Part shown: one piece after another, positions 1 through 10,311 of the stretch
Numbering within the stretch: the first letter of the stretch is position 1
How the letters are laid out: every line of letters starts with the position of its first letter
Origin: an uncultured virus (IMG/VR IMGVR_UViG_3300044612_002233)
Taxonomy: Duplodnaviria; Heunggongvirae; Uroviricota; Caudoviricetes
Length of the DNA: 64,000 nt
Direction: 5' to 3' (one strand)
Virus record (IMG/VR): IMGVR_UViG_3300044612_002233
Span: 1-64,000 of that record
Position numbers and translations under genes: made by a program
The notes under the pieces: generated by a model
The model's input: only the letters and a program-made list of their open reading frames with translations
Told to the model about the DNA's origin: nothing
The model's database searches: none

Positions 1-300
1 CCAAATAAAATAAATAATATAAAAAATGAATTATCTTATTTAAAAGATATTTCTTATAATATTATTAAAAGTTATAATATAGTTAATCTTTATAATGAAT
101 TAAAACAAGTTAATGAGCGATTATGGAATATAGAAGATAATATTAGAATCAAAGAAAATAAACAAGAATTTGATAATGAATTTATAGAATTAGCTAGAAA
201 TGTATACAAAACTAATGATCAACGAGCAAATATAAAAAAACTTATAAATGAAATATCGGATTCAGAGATCGTAGAAGAAAAATCCTATGAAAAATATTGA
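1..300 (+). CDS. DUF6165-like protein, 5' partial (not in ORF track)
   Basis: Frame 1 open from base 1 to TGA at 298-300: ...LKQVNERLWNIEDNIRIKENKQEFDNEFIELARNVYKTNDQRANIKKLINEISDSEIVEEKSY; LWxIED...ARxVYxxNDxR...EEKSY is the family signature. Confidence 0.8.
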   Translation, partial: PNKINNIKNELSYLKDISYNIIKSYNIVNLYNELKQVNERLWNIEDNIRIKENKQEFDNEFIELARNVYKTNDQRANIKKLINEISDSEIVEEKSYEKY

Positions 301-1075
301 TTATATAGAATTAAATAAATTATCTCATCTTCATGATGAACAAAATATCTTTTTTTGTAAGACAGATTATATCTTAGAAGATTTTGAAACAATACGAAAC
401 GTAAATCATCCGGTCACTTTAATTACGGGAAACTCTGATTATGCAATTACAGATGATATAGTTTCTTTGGCTCCTAAGAATATCATTGATTGGTATGCAC
501 AGAACGCAGTTTCCAAGTCTAAAATTCTACATCCTCTACCAATAGGATTAGAAAATAAACTACCATCAGTTAGACAAGGACATGGTATAGGATATTTTGA
601 CAGAGCATCAGAGAAGGAGAATCTGCTAAATGAAAATAATATATCTAATTTAGATAGTAAATTTATTTATGCTAATTTTAATGTTAATACCAATTATAGT
701 CATAGATCAATAGTTAAACAATATTGTATACAATCGTCTTTTATTAATTGGCAAGAACCTAATTTAACTCTGTCAGATTTTTTTAATACAATACGAGATT
801 ATAAGATGGTAGTTTGTCCAGCAGGAAATGGTATAGATACACACAGATTATGGGAAGTTTTATACAGTAATAGGGTGCCAATTACCCTAGTTACTGGAGA
901 CTTTAAGATATATGAACTATATAAAAAATTACCAATAATTCTATTAAATCATATTGATCAATTGCTTGATAAAAATTTTATAACACAAGAATATAATAGG
1001 TGTTTGTCTCAGAACTGGGATAAATCATTATTAGATGTAAACTCATGGATTAAAATTATTCAAAATAAAGACTAA
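287..1075 (+). CDS. Exostosin/GT47-like glycosyltransferase
   Basis: PLPIGL and CPAGNGIDTHRLWEVLY motifs; glycan gene context. Confidence 0.7.
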   Translation: MKNIDYIELNKLSHLHDEQNIFFCKTDYILEDFETIRNVNHPVTLITGNSDYAITDDIVSLAPKNIIDWYAQNAVSKSKILHPLPIGLENKLPSVRQGHGIGYFDRASEKENLLNENNISNLDSKFIYANFNVNTNYSHRSIVKQYCIQSSFINWQEPNLTLSDFFNTIRDYKMVVCPAGNGIDTHRLWEVLYSNRVPITLVTGDFKIYELYKKLPIILLNHIDQLLDKNFITQEYNRCLSQNWDKSLLDVNSWIKIIQNKD

Positions 1076-1079
1076 CATT

Positions 1080-1925
1080 ATGAGTAAAAATATATTAATA
1101 TTAGGTAATGGGTTTATTGGTAAGAACCTATACGCATATTTTGTTTCTAAATATAATACAACTGTTACTAGTAAAAAAGATGTAGATATCACAAAAATCG
1201 AAACTGTTAGAAACTATCTGTCTGATAAAAATTTTGATTATGTTATTTACTCTATCGGAATAAAAGATATTGCTGAATGTGAGAAATATCCAGATAAAGC
1301 ATATGCTATTAACTCTAACGGTGTTGCTAATGTTATCAAATCTCTAAATAAAGATACCAAATTTATTTATATATCTACAGACTATGTATTTGATGGTAAC
1401 GCAGGAGGATATTCAGAAAACTCTGTATCTCTACCGTCAACCACTTACGGACAATCCAAACTAATAGGAGAACAACACTCACTCCAGCACAATAACTCTA
1501 TTGTTGTTAGAACATCCGGAGTATATGGAGAAAATTGTCTTTGGCTTAAAAACTTATTAATTTCTTTGTCAGAGAAGAAAGAAACTGTATGTTTTTCTGA
1601 TGTATATAATACTCCAACATATGCTATCAATTTAGCAGAAATGATTGACGATATTATTAATATTAATTTTGTAGGAGTTATCCATTTAAGCGGGAATACA
1701 AGAAATAATAGATATGAACTATACTCATCTGTGGCTACTATATTTGAGAGGGATCTTTCTCTTTTGTCTAGCGGACTATCAGACGGAAAATTTCCTAAAG
1801 ATATTTCATTAAATAATAATTTGTATAAACAAATAACTAAAAAAATACCAGATTCTGTAACTAGCGGACTAACAAGACTAAAAAATGAACATCAATATAT
1901 TGATCCCGTCAACTTCATCAATTAA
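1080..1925 (+). CDS. rmlD: dTDP-4-dehydrorhamnose reductase-like SDR
   Basis: N-terminal ILGNGFIG, ISTDYVFDG, catalytic YGQSK, VVRTSGVYG. Confidence 0.85.
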   Translation: MSKNILILGNGFIGKNLYAYFVSKYNTTVTSKKDVDITKIETVRNYLSDKNFDYVIYSIGIKDIAECEKYPDKAYAINSNGVANVIKSLNKDTKFIYISTDYVFDGNAGGYSENSVSLPSTTYGQSKLIGEQHSLQHNNSIVVRTSGVYGENCLWLKNLLISLSEKKETVCFSDVYNTPTYAINLAEMIDDIININFVGVIHLSGNTRNNRYELYSSVATIFERDLSLLSSGLSDGKFPKDISLNNNLYKQITKKIPDSVTSGLTRLKNEHQYIDPVNFIN

Positions 1926-2778
1926 TACTATTAATAATGGAGCAAATGTTCAAGGGGATGAACTAGTTGCTCGATCCTGGGCAAAATATCTACAAAAAGA
2001 TACAAGAGTTTCTAATGTAGATATTAATGGATTTGGCATATATGATATTTCTATATCCTTTAGTCCATTAGTAAACCAACAAATGACAGGATATAAAGTA
2101 CTATATCTACAAAATGTTTTTCCAAAACCCGCTTGGCCCGGCACTATTGAAGTTTATCATCAAATAAAAAATAACTATGATGGTTTTATATTTCCGTCTG
2201 AAGGACTAATGAACAACTGTGGCGAAGGGCTTGTGTGTCAATTTGCTGTTGATCCTGATTTATTTTTTCCTAAATCTATAAATGATAATTTATCTCATAA
2301 CTTGTGTTTTGTAGGAAATAATATTAGAGATCAACAAACATCAGAAAAATATTTATTATGTGCTAAAGATAAAGGATTGGCTATATATGGTAATCCAGCA
2401 GGATGGAACTCTCCACTATGTAAAGGAAAGATAAGCATAGATGATGAAGCCACATTATACTCTTCTTCAAAAATATGTTTAAATGCTCATCTTACTGAAC
2501 ACCTAGATTATGGTTCATATAATTTCCGTATATTTAATATTCTAGCATGTAAAGGTTTTATTATTTCTGACAGATCTAAATTCTTAGAAACAGAATTTAA
2601 TGACTGTATGGAATTTACAGACGGAAATGATGATCTTCTTTCAAAGATTGATTATTACTTAAATAATCCAGAAGAGACAAATAAATATAGAGAATATGGC
2701 TATAATTATATTTTATCTAAACATACTTTCAAACACAGAATGTCAGATCTATTAAACTGGCTAGGAACAAAATTATGA
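1885..2778 (+). CDS. CgeB-like (Glyco_trans_1_2) glycosyltransferase
   Basis: SKICLNAH...NFRIFNILACKGFIISD...HTFKHRM C-terminal GT signature. Confidence 0.75.
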   Translation: MNINILIPSTSSINTINNGANVQGDELVARSWAKYLQKDTRVSNVDINGFGIYDISISFSPLVNQQMTGYKVLYLQNVFPKPAWPGTIEVYHQIKNNYDGFIFPSEGLMNNCGEGLVCQFAVDPDLFFPKSINDNLSHNLCFVGNNIRDQQTSEKYLLCAKDKGLAIYGNPAGWNSPLCKGKISIDDEATLYSSSKICLNAHLTEHLDYGSYNFRIFNILACKGFIISDRSKFLETEFNDCMEFTDGNDDLLSKIDYYLNNPEETNKYREYGYNYILSKHTFKHRMSDLLNWLGTKL

Positions 2779-4154
2779 AAATATTATTTGCAAATATACC
2801 AAATGTAAAATATGTTAATGGACAGATCCATACTGGGCCAAATGCAGGATCACGATGGCCTTGGACTAATCCCGGAGGACATTTTCATGGCTATGCACCT
2901 TTCCCATTTTGGCTAGGATATGCTGCAAAATATGTACAACATCATGGTTTTGAAACGTATTTTTATGATGGCGTTGCACTAAAACATGCTGATTTAGAAA
3001 TTACTAAAAAAGTTATTTATGATTTAAAACCAGATATAATTTTTTATGATATATCTACTCCAACTTTTAAACTAAATAACGATATAGCATTATGGTTTAA
3101 ACAAAATATTGGATGTCGAAATGTATATTGTGGACCGCACATGAAAACCTATGCCAATGAATGTATAGAGTTAGATCATGTCGATCATTGTATTGTTGGA
3201 GAATACGACATACCAGCATTAGACATTTGTCAAAAACTAGATAATGCTAAAGATATCTACAGATTTGAACATTTGTCAAATATCGATACTCTGCCCAATG
3301 GAGACAATTTTTTACCATATAGACCATTAGAATATATTCAAAATTATTATGAACCAACTATGAACACTCCAATGATTCAATTAACTGTGAGTGCTTCTCG
3401 TGGATGTCCATTTAAATGTACATATTGTCAATGGCCAAATGTTATAAATAATGGTAAATACAGAGCAAGATCAGCAGAAATGGTTGTTGATGAAATCCAA
3501 CAAATGAAAAATATTTTAGGAGATAATCTAAGAAGTATACTTTTTGATGATGATACATGGAATCTTGGACACAACAGAATATCCAAAATTTGTGATGGAT
3601 TAAAGAATTTTAATATGCCGTGGACAATGATGGGTAGAATAGATACGAGTAAACCAGAGCTATATGATAAAATGGTGGATTCTGGTTGTGTTGGTATGAG
3701 ATTTGGTATTGAAACATTTAATCAGGAACTATCTGATAATGTTAAAAAACATATGAATACTAAAACTGCTTATGATAATCTAAAATATTTAGTTACTAGA
3801 TTTTCAAATATGGAATTTCATTTTACTACCATGAAAAATTTTCCAGGAGAAAAAGCAGGATCATGGGCAAAAGATCAAGAAATACTCCAAGATCTTCAAC
3901 GAATTGGTAGACAAAATAATAATACTGTTCATTGGCAAATTAGTGATTGCATACCCTTCCCTGGAACAGAATTATGGGAGGAACTAGTAGAACTCGGACA
4001 CGGAGATACTCTTAAAGACTTTAGTTTATATGATGGTAGTCCAGAGCATAATGGAGCATTAGAAAAAACTGTAGGCTGGCTAGGAGAAAATTACAAACCT
4101 AAATATTCAGAATACTCTAAGGATGGAAGTCCAACAAACTTTCCAGAACATTAA
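2775..4154 (+). CDS. B12-binding radical SAM protein
   Basis: SRGCPFKCTYC (CxxxCxxC), FDDDTW, N-terminal B12-binding-like domain (GPH, VGEYD), PFPGTEL. Confidence 0.85.
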   Translation: MKILFANIPNVKYVNGQIHTGPNAGSRWPWTNPGGHFHGYAPFPFWLGYAAKYVQHHGFETYFYDGVALKHADLEITKKVIYDLKPDIIFYDISTPTFKLNNDIALWFKQNIGCRNVYCGPHMKTYANECIELDHVDHCIVGEYDIPALDICQKLDNAKDIYRFEHLSNIDTLPNGDNFLPYRPLEYIQNYYEPTMNTPMIQLTVSASRGCPFKCTYCQWPNVINNGKYRARSAEMVVDEIQQMKNILGDNLRSILFDDDTWNLGHNRISKICDGLKNFNMPWTMMGRIDTSKPELYDKMVDSGCVGMRFGIETFNQELSDNVKKHMNTKTAYDNLKYLVTRFSNMEFHFTTMKNFPGEKAGSWAKDQEILQDLQRIGRQNNNTVHWQISDCIPFPGTELWEELVELGHGDTLKDFSLYDGSPEHNGALEKTVGWLGENYKPKYSEYSKDGSPTNFPEH

Positions 4155-4156
4155 TC

Positions 4157-4786
4157 ATGAAAGGTCAAATAAATCTTGATACAAAATTAGGTCAGCATAT
4201 ATATAACATTATTAAAAATTATGATATTAAAACTATATTAGACATAGGAACATGGAATGGATACGGCAGTACAATGTGTTGCTTACAGTCTATCATAGAT
4301 AACAATAAAAATTGTAACTTCATTTCAATAGAAGCTAACCATAAACAATTCTTGGAAGCACAAGTAAATCTGAAAAACTATATCAAATATGTTCAATTAT
4401 TTTATGGACGTATAACACATTTAAAGGATTTAGTTTCTTTAAATGATTATGATGAATCTTTTTTTACCTTATTCAGTAAAAATCTTCAAGAACAATGGTA
4501 TCAAGTAGACGTAAACCAGCACACCACTGCTCCATATATATATGATACAATTATTTCTATAATGAATAATCATATAAATTTACTAATATCAGATGGTGGA
4601 GAATATTGTTCACATGGAGAATTTAATAAATTAAAAGATATTGTTGATTTTATTATTTTAGATGACACTAATACTATTAAAAACTATAACACAGCAGAAA
4701 TAATTAGAAAATCTCCAGATCAATACGAAATATTAGCAGATGATACTAATGAGAGAAATGGTTTTATGGTGTGTAGAAAAAAATGA
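4157..4786 (+). CDS. Class I SAM-dependent methyltransferase-like protein
   Basis: LDIGTWNGYGS motif I, SIE, DGGE, ILDDT. Confidence 0.6.
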   Translation: MKGQINLDTKLGQHIYNIIKNYDIKTILDIGTWNGYGSTMCCLQSIIDNNKNCNFISIEANHKQFLEAQVNLKNYIKYVQLFYGRITHLKDLVSLNDYDESFFTLFSKNLQEQWYQVDVNQHTTAPYIYDTIISIMNNHINLLISDGGEYCSHGEFNKLKDIVDFIILDDTNTIKNYNTAEIIRKSPDQYEILADDTNERNGFMVCRKK

Positions 4787-5307
4787 ATCATACATTTATT
4801 TATAATAAATTAATTTCTGATATAATTTTAATTAAAACTCAAATTTATGAAGATAATCGAGGTACTCTTTATGAAACTTATAATAAAGAGTTATTTACTA
4901 AAAATGGTATACCAGAGATAGTACAAGAAAAATGTTCACGTTCCGAACATAGAGTACTAAGAGGATTACACTATCAAAAAGATCCTTACGGACAAGGCAA
5001 AATAATTAGATGTAATAGAGGTAAAATTTTTGATGTTGCCGTTGATATTAGAGAAAATTCAACAACATATAAACAATGGGTTTCATATGAATTATCAGAA
5101 TCTAATAAAGATATGGTATATATACCACCAGGATTTGCTCATGGAATATTAGTGTTAAGCGAGGATGGTGCAGACTTTAGCTACTTTACAACAGAAAAAC
5201 ACTATCCAGAATATGAAACGGTAATAAAATATGATGATCCAACAATAAATATAGATTGGCCAATTAAAGATGTAATTCTATCAAATAAGGACAAAGGAAA
5301 CAAATGA
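4783..5307 (+). CDS. rmlC: dTDP-4-dehydrorhamnose 3,5-epimerase
   Basis: DNRG, VLRGLHYQ, GKIFDVAVDIR, YIPPGFAHG, IDWP, LSNKD. Confidence 0.92.
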   Translation: MNHTFIYNKLISDIILIKTQIYEDNRGTLYETYNKELFTKNGIPEIVQEKCSRSEHRVLRGLHYQKDPYGQGKIIRCNRGKIFDVAVDIRENSTTYKQWVSYELSESNKDMVYIPPGFAHGILVLSEDGADFSYFTTEKHYPEYETVIKYDDPTINIDWPIKDVILSNKDKGNK

Positions 5308-6041
5308 AAAATTATAGATGTTCTTCTTTTTGTTCTTTATATAAAGGAGAAAAATTTGTTCAAGGATATATAGAAGACATGTTGAAACAGTCTATTTTTA
5401 ATGATATTGAATTTATCTTTTTAGACTGTGCTTCTCCAGAAAATGAAAAAGACTTTATTTTACCATTAACTGAAGAATATTCAAATATAAAGTATCATAG
5501 ACTAGATAGCGATCCTGGTTTATATGCAGCATGGAATATGGCTATTAAAATGTGCTCATCAAATTTAATAGGAAACTGGAATATTGACGATAGAAAAAAT
5601 ATAAATAGTTTTGAAATACTGGTTAAGTGTTTTGATAGAGATCCAGATTTAGACGTAGCATACGGACTAACATACGTATCAACAATCGCTAATGAAAAAT
5701 ATGAAAATAATGATTACTCTAATTTTTATCCGTGCTTACCTCATTCGTTAAAAAACTTATTAATGAATAACAGTCCTCATTGTATGCCGTTATGGAAAAA
5801 GAATTTACATGATAGATTTGGATACTTTGACGAATCGTATAAGACGGCTTCTGATGGAGATATGTGGTTGCGTTCCTGCGTCGGAGGTGCTAAGATACAG
5901 TTGGTCAATCACCCTGTTGGCTTGTACTACCACAACCCAAAGGGTAGATCGACTGATCAAAAAACGTTGTTGGAGATGGTTGCTGAAGTTCAGCAAATGA
6001 GAAAAAAATACATACACTATTTGGAGAATGACAATGGATAG
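5304..6041 (+). CDS. GT2-family glycosyltransferase
   Basis: GLYAAWN, NIDD, GYFDESYKTASDGDMWLR. Confidence 0.8.
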   Translation: MKNYRCSSFCSLYKGEKFVQGYIEDMLKQSIFNDIEFIFLDCASPENEKDFILPLTEEYSNIKYHRLDSDPGLYAAWNMAIKMCSSNLIGNWNIDDRKNINSFEILVKCFDRDPDLDVAYGLTYVSTIANEKYENNDYSNFYPCLPHSLKNLLMNNSPHCMPLWKKNLHDRFGYFDESYKTASDGDMWLRSCVGGAKIQLVNHPVGLYYHNPKGRSTDQKTLLEMVAEVQQMRKKYIHYLENDNG

Positions 6042-6177
6042 TTTTATTATTTTGTGTTTGGCAATATCCCTAATTGGCGGAATAATTTCTGGGATCAAAG
6101 AAATGACAGATAGATCAGGCTATTCTGTTAAATCATCAAAAAATATATTTACATTTCTGTTTTGCGATAAATATTAA
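6034..6177 (+). CDS. Small 47-aa membrane protein (not in ORF track)
   Basis: GGAG upstream of ATG; MDSFIILCLAISLIGGIISGIKE...; fills the gap exactly and its TAA overlaps the next ATG. Confidence 0.6.
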   Translation: MDSFIILCLAISLIGGIISGIKEMTDRSGYSVKSSKNIFTFLFCDKY

Positions 6178-6707
6178 TGGAAAGACTAAAAAATCAAAGA
6201 GTATATCTTGCTGGAGCAATGGATAGGGTTCCAGATAGAGGTTCAACATGGAGAGATAATATTACTCCATTTCTTAATGAGCTTGGTATAGTAGTGTTTA
6301 ATCCTATTAGTAAACCAACAGATATAGGATTAGAAGATAAAGACACTCATGCTATAAAAACCAAGCTGAAAGAAAAAGCACGATACGACGAATTAACTGC
6401 CATGATGAAAACTATTCGTTCTGTTGACTTGAGGCTTGTTGATATTAGTGATTTTTTGATAGTTAATTTAGACCTTAATACTCATCCGTGTGGAACTCTT
6501 GAAGAAATTTTCTGGGCTAATCGTCAAAAAAAACCAATAATTATTCATATGGTTCAAGGAAAGAATCATACGCCAGATTGGTTATTTGGAACAATACCTC
6601 ACCAGATGATATTCTCTACATGGGATGAAATTAAAAGTTATTTACAACACATTAATACTTCTGAAAATATAGATTCTCATAAAAGATGGTATTTCTTTTC
6701 GGTGTAA
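6177..6707 (+). CDS. Nucleoside 2-deoxyribosyltransferase / nucleotide N-hydrolase family protein
   Basis: VYLAGAM, VFNP, DLRLVDISD, GTLEE, KPII. Confidence 0.75.
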   Translation: MERLKNQRVYLAGAMDRVPDRGSTWRDNITPFLNELGIVVFNPISKPTDIGLEDKDTHAIKTKLKEKARYDELTAMMKTIRSVDLRLVDISDFLIVNLDLNTHPCGTLEEIFWANRQKKPIIIHMVQGKNHTPDWLFGTIPHQMIFSTWDEIKSYLQHINTSENIDSHKRWYFFSV

Positions 6708-6708
6708 A

Positions 6709-6912
6709 ATGCCCAAATATTATGTTAAATCTGGTCAAATAAAATTTATTGTAGATTGCACCGATCATATATGCGCTATATTAGCAGCGTTATCTCACTA
6801 TAAGGGAAAAGGTATTGTGACTGGGCCAAAAATTTGTGTTAGTGAACAAGGATTTGAAGATTTTAAAAAATGGAAATGCTATGATACTGATAAGTATCTA
6901 AAGGGAATATAA
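6709..6912 (+). CDS. Hypothetical protein
   Basis: Tightly packed ORF in operon. Confidence 0.55.
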   Translation: MPKYYVKSGQIKFIVDCTDHICAILAALSHYKGKGIVTGPKICVSEQGFEDFKKWKCYDTDKYLKGI

Positions 6913-8039
6913 TGCAAAAAATTATAAATGAAATTAAATTAGATTTTGATGATGTTCTAATCAGACCTAAAAGATCAACACTCAATAGTCGATCAGAAGT
7001 TTGTATTCAAAGAGAATTTAAGTTCAAATATTCTCCACGAAAATTACTAGCAGTTCCCGTCATGGTTGCGAATATGGATACTGTTGGAACTTTTGAGATG
7101 GCAAAATCATTAGGAAAAAATCAAGCCATAGTATGTTTGCACAAACACTATAAGATTAATGAATATGTTGCTTTCTATACTGATCCTAGTATTTTAAATA
7201 AAAATCTTGCATTTTATTCTATTGGAACTAGCCAAAAAGACACAGAAAAACTAATTGAAGTATTCAATCAAATTAAAAAATTTAATTACCCTACCCCTAA
7301 TATCTGCTTAGATGTTGCAAATGGGTATACAGAACAGTTTGTTAAAATTGCTCGTAAAATAAGAAATTTATATCCAGAATCAGTTATCATGGCCGGTAAT
7401 GTTGTAACCCCAGAAATGACAGAAGAATTAATCATTCATGGTCAGGTTGACATAGTAAAGGTTGGTATAGGATCGGGCAGTGTTTGTACTACTCGTTTAA
7501 AAACTGGCGTAGGATACCCTCAGTTGAGTGCGGTGATGGAATGTACGGACGCTGCTCATGGCCTTGGTGGACACGTTTGCTCAGACGGTGGGTGTAAAGT
7601 GGTGGGGGATGTTTGCAAAGCATTTGGTGCAAATAGTGATTTTGTTATGTTAGGAAGCATATTTGCTGGCACAGACGAGTGTGAAGGAGAATGGAAATAC
7701 GAATATTTAATTGAGGCAGGATCATCTGCTCCTGGATTTTGGCAGCCAATAGATCCAGAAAATAATAGCATAAAAAGAAAAATATCTTTGCAATACTATG
7801 GAATGAGTAGTTCCAAAGCTATGGATAAGCACCATAATGGCGTTGCAGATTATAGAACAGCAGAAGGTAAGTGCGTTACTGTTCCATATAAAGGAATAGC
7901 AGAAGAAGTACTTCAAGATATTTATGGAGGAATACGAAGTGCTTGTACTTACATAGGCGCTAGTAAAATAAAAGATTTTGGCAAAAAAACAACATTTATA
8001 CAAGTCAACAATACCCATAATAAGATATATGAAAAATGA
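6912..8039 (+). CDS. guaC: GMP reductase
   Basis: LDFDDVLIRPKRSTL, ANMDTVGTF, DVANGY, KVGIGSGSVCTTR, SDGGC, YYGMSS. Confidence 0.93.
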   Translation: MQKIINEIKLDFDDVLIRPKRSTLNSRSEVCIQREFKFKYSPRKLLAVPVMVANMDTVGTFEMAKSLGKNQAIVCLHKHYKINEYVAFYTDPSILNKNLAFYSIGTSQKDTEKLIEVFNQIKKFNYPTPNICLDVANGYTEQFVKIARKIRNLYPESVIMAGNVVTPEMTEELIIHGQVDIVKVGIGSGSVCTTRLKTGVGYPQLSAVMECTDAAHGLGGHVCSDGGCKVVGDVCKAFGANSDFVMLGSIFAGTDECEGEWKYEYLIEAGSSAPGFWQPIDPENNSIKRKISLQYYGMSSSKAMDKHHNGVADYRTAEGKCVTVPYKGIAEEVLQDIYGGIRSACTYIGASKIKDFGKKTTFIQVNNTHNKIYEK

Positions 8040-9094
8040 AAATCAATTATTCAAGTCCAGTTAATAACACAGGTTACGGATTAGCCTCGGTCAACATTTT
8101 ACGAGAACTATCGAAGATAGCAGATGTAACTTACTATCCAATAGGGCAACCATCAGTTAATAATCAAAATGATCATGACTTTATACTTTCTTTATTAAAG
8201 AAGAGGATGAGTCCTGATATTAATGCTGTTAATTTTAAGATCTGGCATCAATTTGATTTACTAGATCATATTGGACGAGGAAAATATATTGCCTATCCAT
8301 TTTTTGAGTTGGATACATTTAATGAATATGAAAAAATTAATTTGAAAGTTCCAGACAGCATATGTGTTAGTAGCAAATGGGGTCAGGAAGTTCTACTTAA
8401 GAATGGAATAGATTCTGAATCATTCGTGGTGCCATTAGGTGTTAATAGAAATATTTTTAATAATACTATCAAAAGAACTAGATCAGATGATAAATATGTT
8501 TTTCTAAATATAGGCAAATGGGAAGTTCGTAAAGGACACGATATTTTATTCTCATTATTTAATGAGGCTTTTCCAGATCAAAAAGATGTTGAACTATGGA
8601 TATTAGCATCAGAAAAAACCAATTCATATTCATCTGCTGATGAGCTAAAACAATGGAAAAATATGTATGGTTCAGATAGAGTGAAATTATTTGATGGATT
8701 TGAAACTCAAGAAGAAATAGCCCAATTAATAGCAGATACTGATTGTGGATTATATCCATCAAGAGCAGAAGGGTGGAATTTGGAACTATTAGAAACCATG
8801 AGTATGGGAAAACCGGCCATAGCGACCAACTATTCTGCACACACAGAGTTTTGCACACAGGATAACTGTTATTTGGTCAATATTGACGAGACAGAAAAAG
8901 CTTTTGACGGAAAAGCATTTCAAGGTCAGGGGAATTGGGCCAAATTAGGCAATAATCAGATAGAAAATATTATTGAGCATATGAGATATGTTTATAATAA
9001 TAAAATAAATACTAATCTGAATGGAATAGAAACGGCCAAAAAGTATTCTTGGGAGAATGCTGCTCAACAACTTGTGAGGTGTATTTCTAAGTAG
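8036..9094 (+). CDS. GT4 glycosyltransferase
   Basis: RKGHD, PSRAEGWNLELLE (EX7E), YSWE. Confidence 0.85.
   Translation: MKINYSSPVNNTGYGLASVNILRELSKIADVTYYPIGQPSVNNQNDHDFILSLLKKRMSPDINAVNFKIWHQFDLLDHIGRGKYIAYPFFELDTFNEYEKINLKVPDSICVSSKWGQEVLLKNGIDSESFVVPLGVNRNIFNNTIKRTRSDDKYVFLNIGKWEVRKGHDILFSLFNEAFPDQKDVELWILASEKTNSYSSADELKQWKNMYGSDRVKLFDGFETQEEIAQLIADTDCGLYPSRAEGWNLELLETMSMGKPAIATNYSAHTEFCTQDNCYLVNIDETEKAFDGKAFQGQGNWAKLGNNQIENIIEHMRYVYNNKINTNLNGIETAKKYSWENAAQQLVRCISK
9078..9093 (+). promoter_or_regulatory. Putative phage promoter (GGTGTA motif)
   Basis: GGTGTAtttctaagta, upstream of RBS AGGAG and ATG 9105. Confidence 0.45.
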
Positions 9095-9104
9095 GAGATA
9101 CTAT

Positions 9105-9686
9105 ATGCCAATTCCATCACAAGATAAAGACGAAGACAAACAGAAATTTGTATCTCGTTGCATGGGCGACGAGACTATGAAAAAGGACTATCCTGACTCA
9201 AAGCAGCGAGTTGCTATTTGCTTAGGACAAACAAAGAAAACTAAAAGTAGTTTTGTAGATCAAGTTTTTGAAATTTTAGGATTTATTACTTTTTTTGACT
9301 GCGGAGAGTGTAGTTCTTCAGAAGAATTAACTTCTTTAAACCTGATTGTTCCGAATAATGAGGATTATATCGAGATATCAGAAAATCCAGAAGATTATGA
9401 TATTTCTCATATATTAGCTTCTGAATATCAAGGAAAAAAAGTAACACTAAACAAACCATTTAGAACTCCTGGAGGTCCTAAAAAATTTGCAGTATATGTA
9501 AAAAATAATAAAGGCAAAGTGGTTATCGTTCGTTTTGGAGACCCAAACCTATCCATAAAAAGAGATGATCCAAAAAGAAGAAAAAGTTTTAGAGCAAGAC
9601 ACAAGTGTGATCAGCAAAAAGACAAAACAACACCAGCATACTGGTCATGCTATCAATGGAGATCTAATAGTCCGGTTCAGGATTAA
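9105..9686 (+). CDS. DUF6321-like phage protein
   Basis: KKFAVYVKN...FGDPN...RRKSFRARHKC...AYWSC C-terminal domain. Confidence 0.65.
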   Translation: MPIPSQDKDEDKQKFVSRCMGDETMKKDYPDSKQRVAICLGQTKKTKSSFVDQVFEILGFITFFDCGECSSSEELTSLNLIVPNNEDYIEISENPEDYDISHILASEYQGKKVTLNKPFRTPGGPKKFAVYVKNNKGKVVIVRFGDPNLSIKRDDPKRRKSFRARHKCDQQKDKTTPAYWSCYQWRSNSPVQD

Positions 9687-9707
9687 CAACCAATAAGGGT
9701 AAAATTA

Positions 9708-10307
9708 ATGATTAAATCAATCTCAGAACTATTGCAAGAACACGAGGACTCAATGGATACAAAAGAACAAACACAGGAAGAATATATAACCCAAGAAACT
9801 AAAACCCCAGAAGCTGAAATACAAGCACAAGAAGTTCCCGACTATACTTCTGATAGTGTTATTGAATTACTAAAAAAATCACTCAATATTCACTGGCAAC
9901 AAACAACAGTATTAACAGCCCAAGCAGAACATCTTGAAAGATGGGGCTATACAAAATTAGCTGCCATTATCAAGGCCGATTCAAGAGAAGAACAAGAACA
10001 TGCTTCTATTAATATTAAGAGACTCGAATTCTTTGATGCTGATTATCAGCCGCTGACAGTAAGTCCTCCATCATGGAAAAGACATGACATGGTAGCAATG
10101 CTTCAATACAATCTCGATTCTGTTAGAGAGGCTTCCTCTGTAGAAAGAGCAACAATAGTTGCAGCAAGAGCAGAAGGAGATGAGATAACAGCCAATATGA
10201 TGATTCCATTACTACAGGGTAGTGAAGACGGCATTGAACTATACGAAGGATATCTAAAGATTATTGAACAGATGGGTCTGGACAATTTCCTAAGTATCCA
10301 GGTCTAA
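9708..10307 (+). CDS. bfr: Bacterioferritin-like protein with degenerate ferroxidase centre
   Basis: WGYTKL...EEQEHA...IEQMGLDNFL aligns along Bfr; acidic N-terminal extension. Confidence 0.75.
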   Translation: MIKSISELLQEHEDSMDTKEQTQEEYITQETKTPEAEIQAQEVPDYTSDSVIELLKKSLNIHWQQTTVLTAQAEHLERWGYTKLAAIIKADSREEQEHASINIKRLEFFDADYQPLTVSPPSWKRHDMVAMLQYNLDSVREASSVERATIVAARAEGDEITANMMIPLLQGSEDGIELYEGYLKIIEQMGLDNFLSIQV

Positions 10308-10311
10308 ATAA

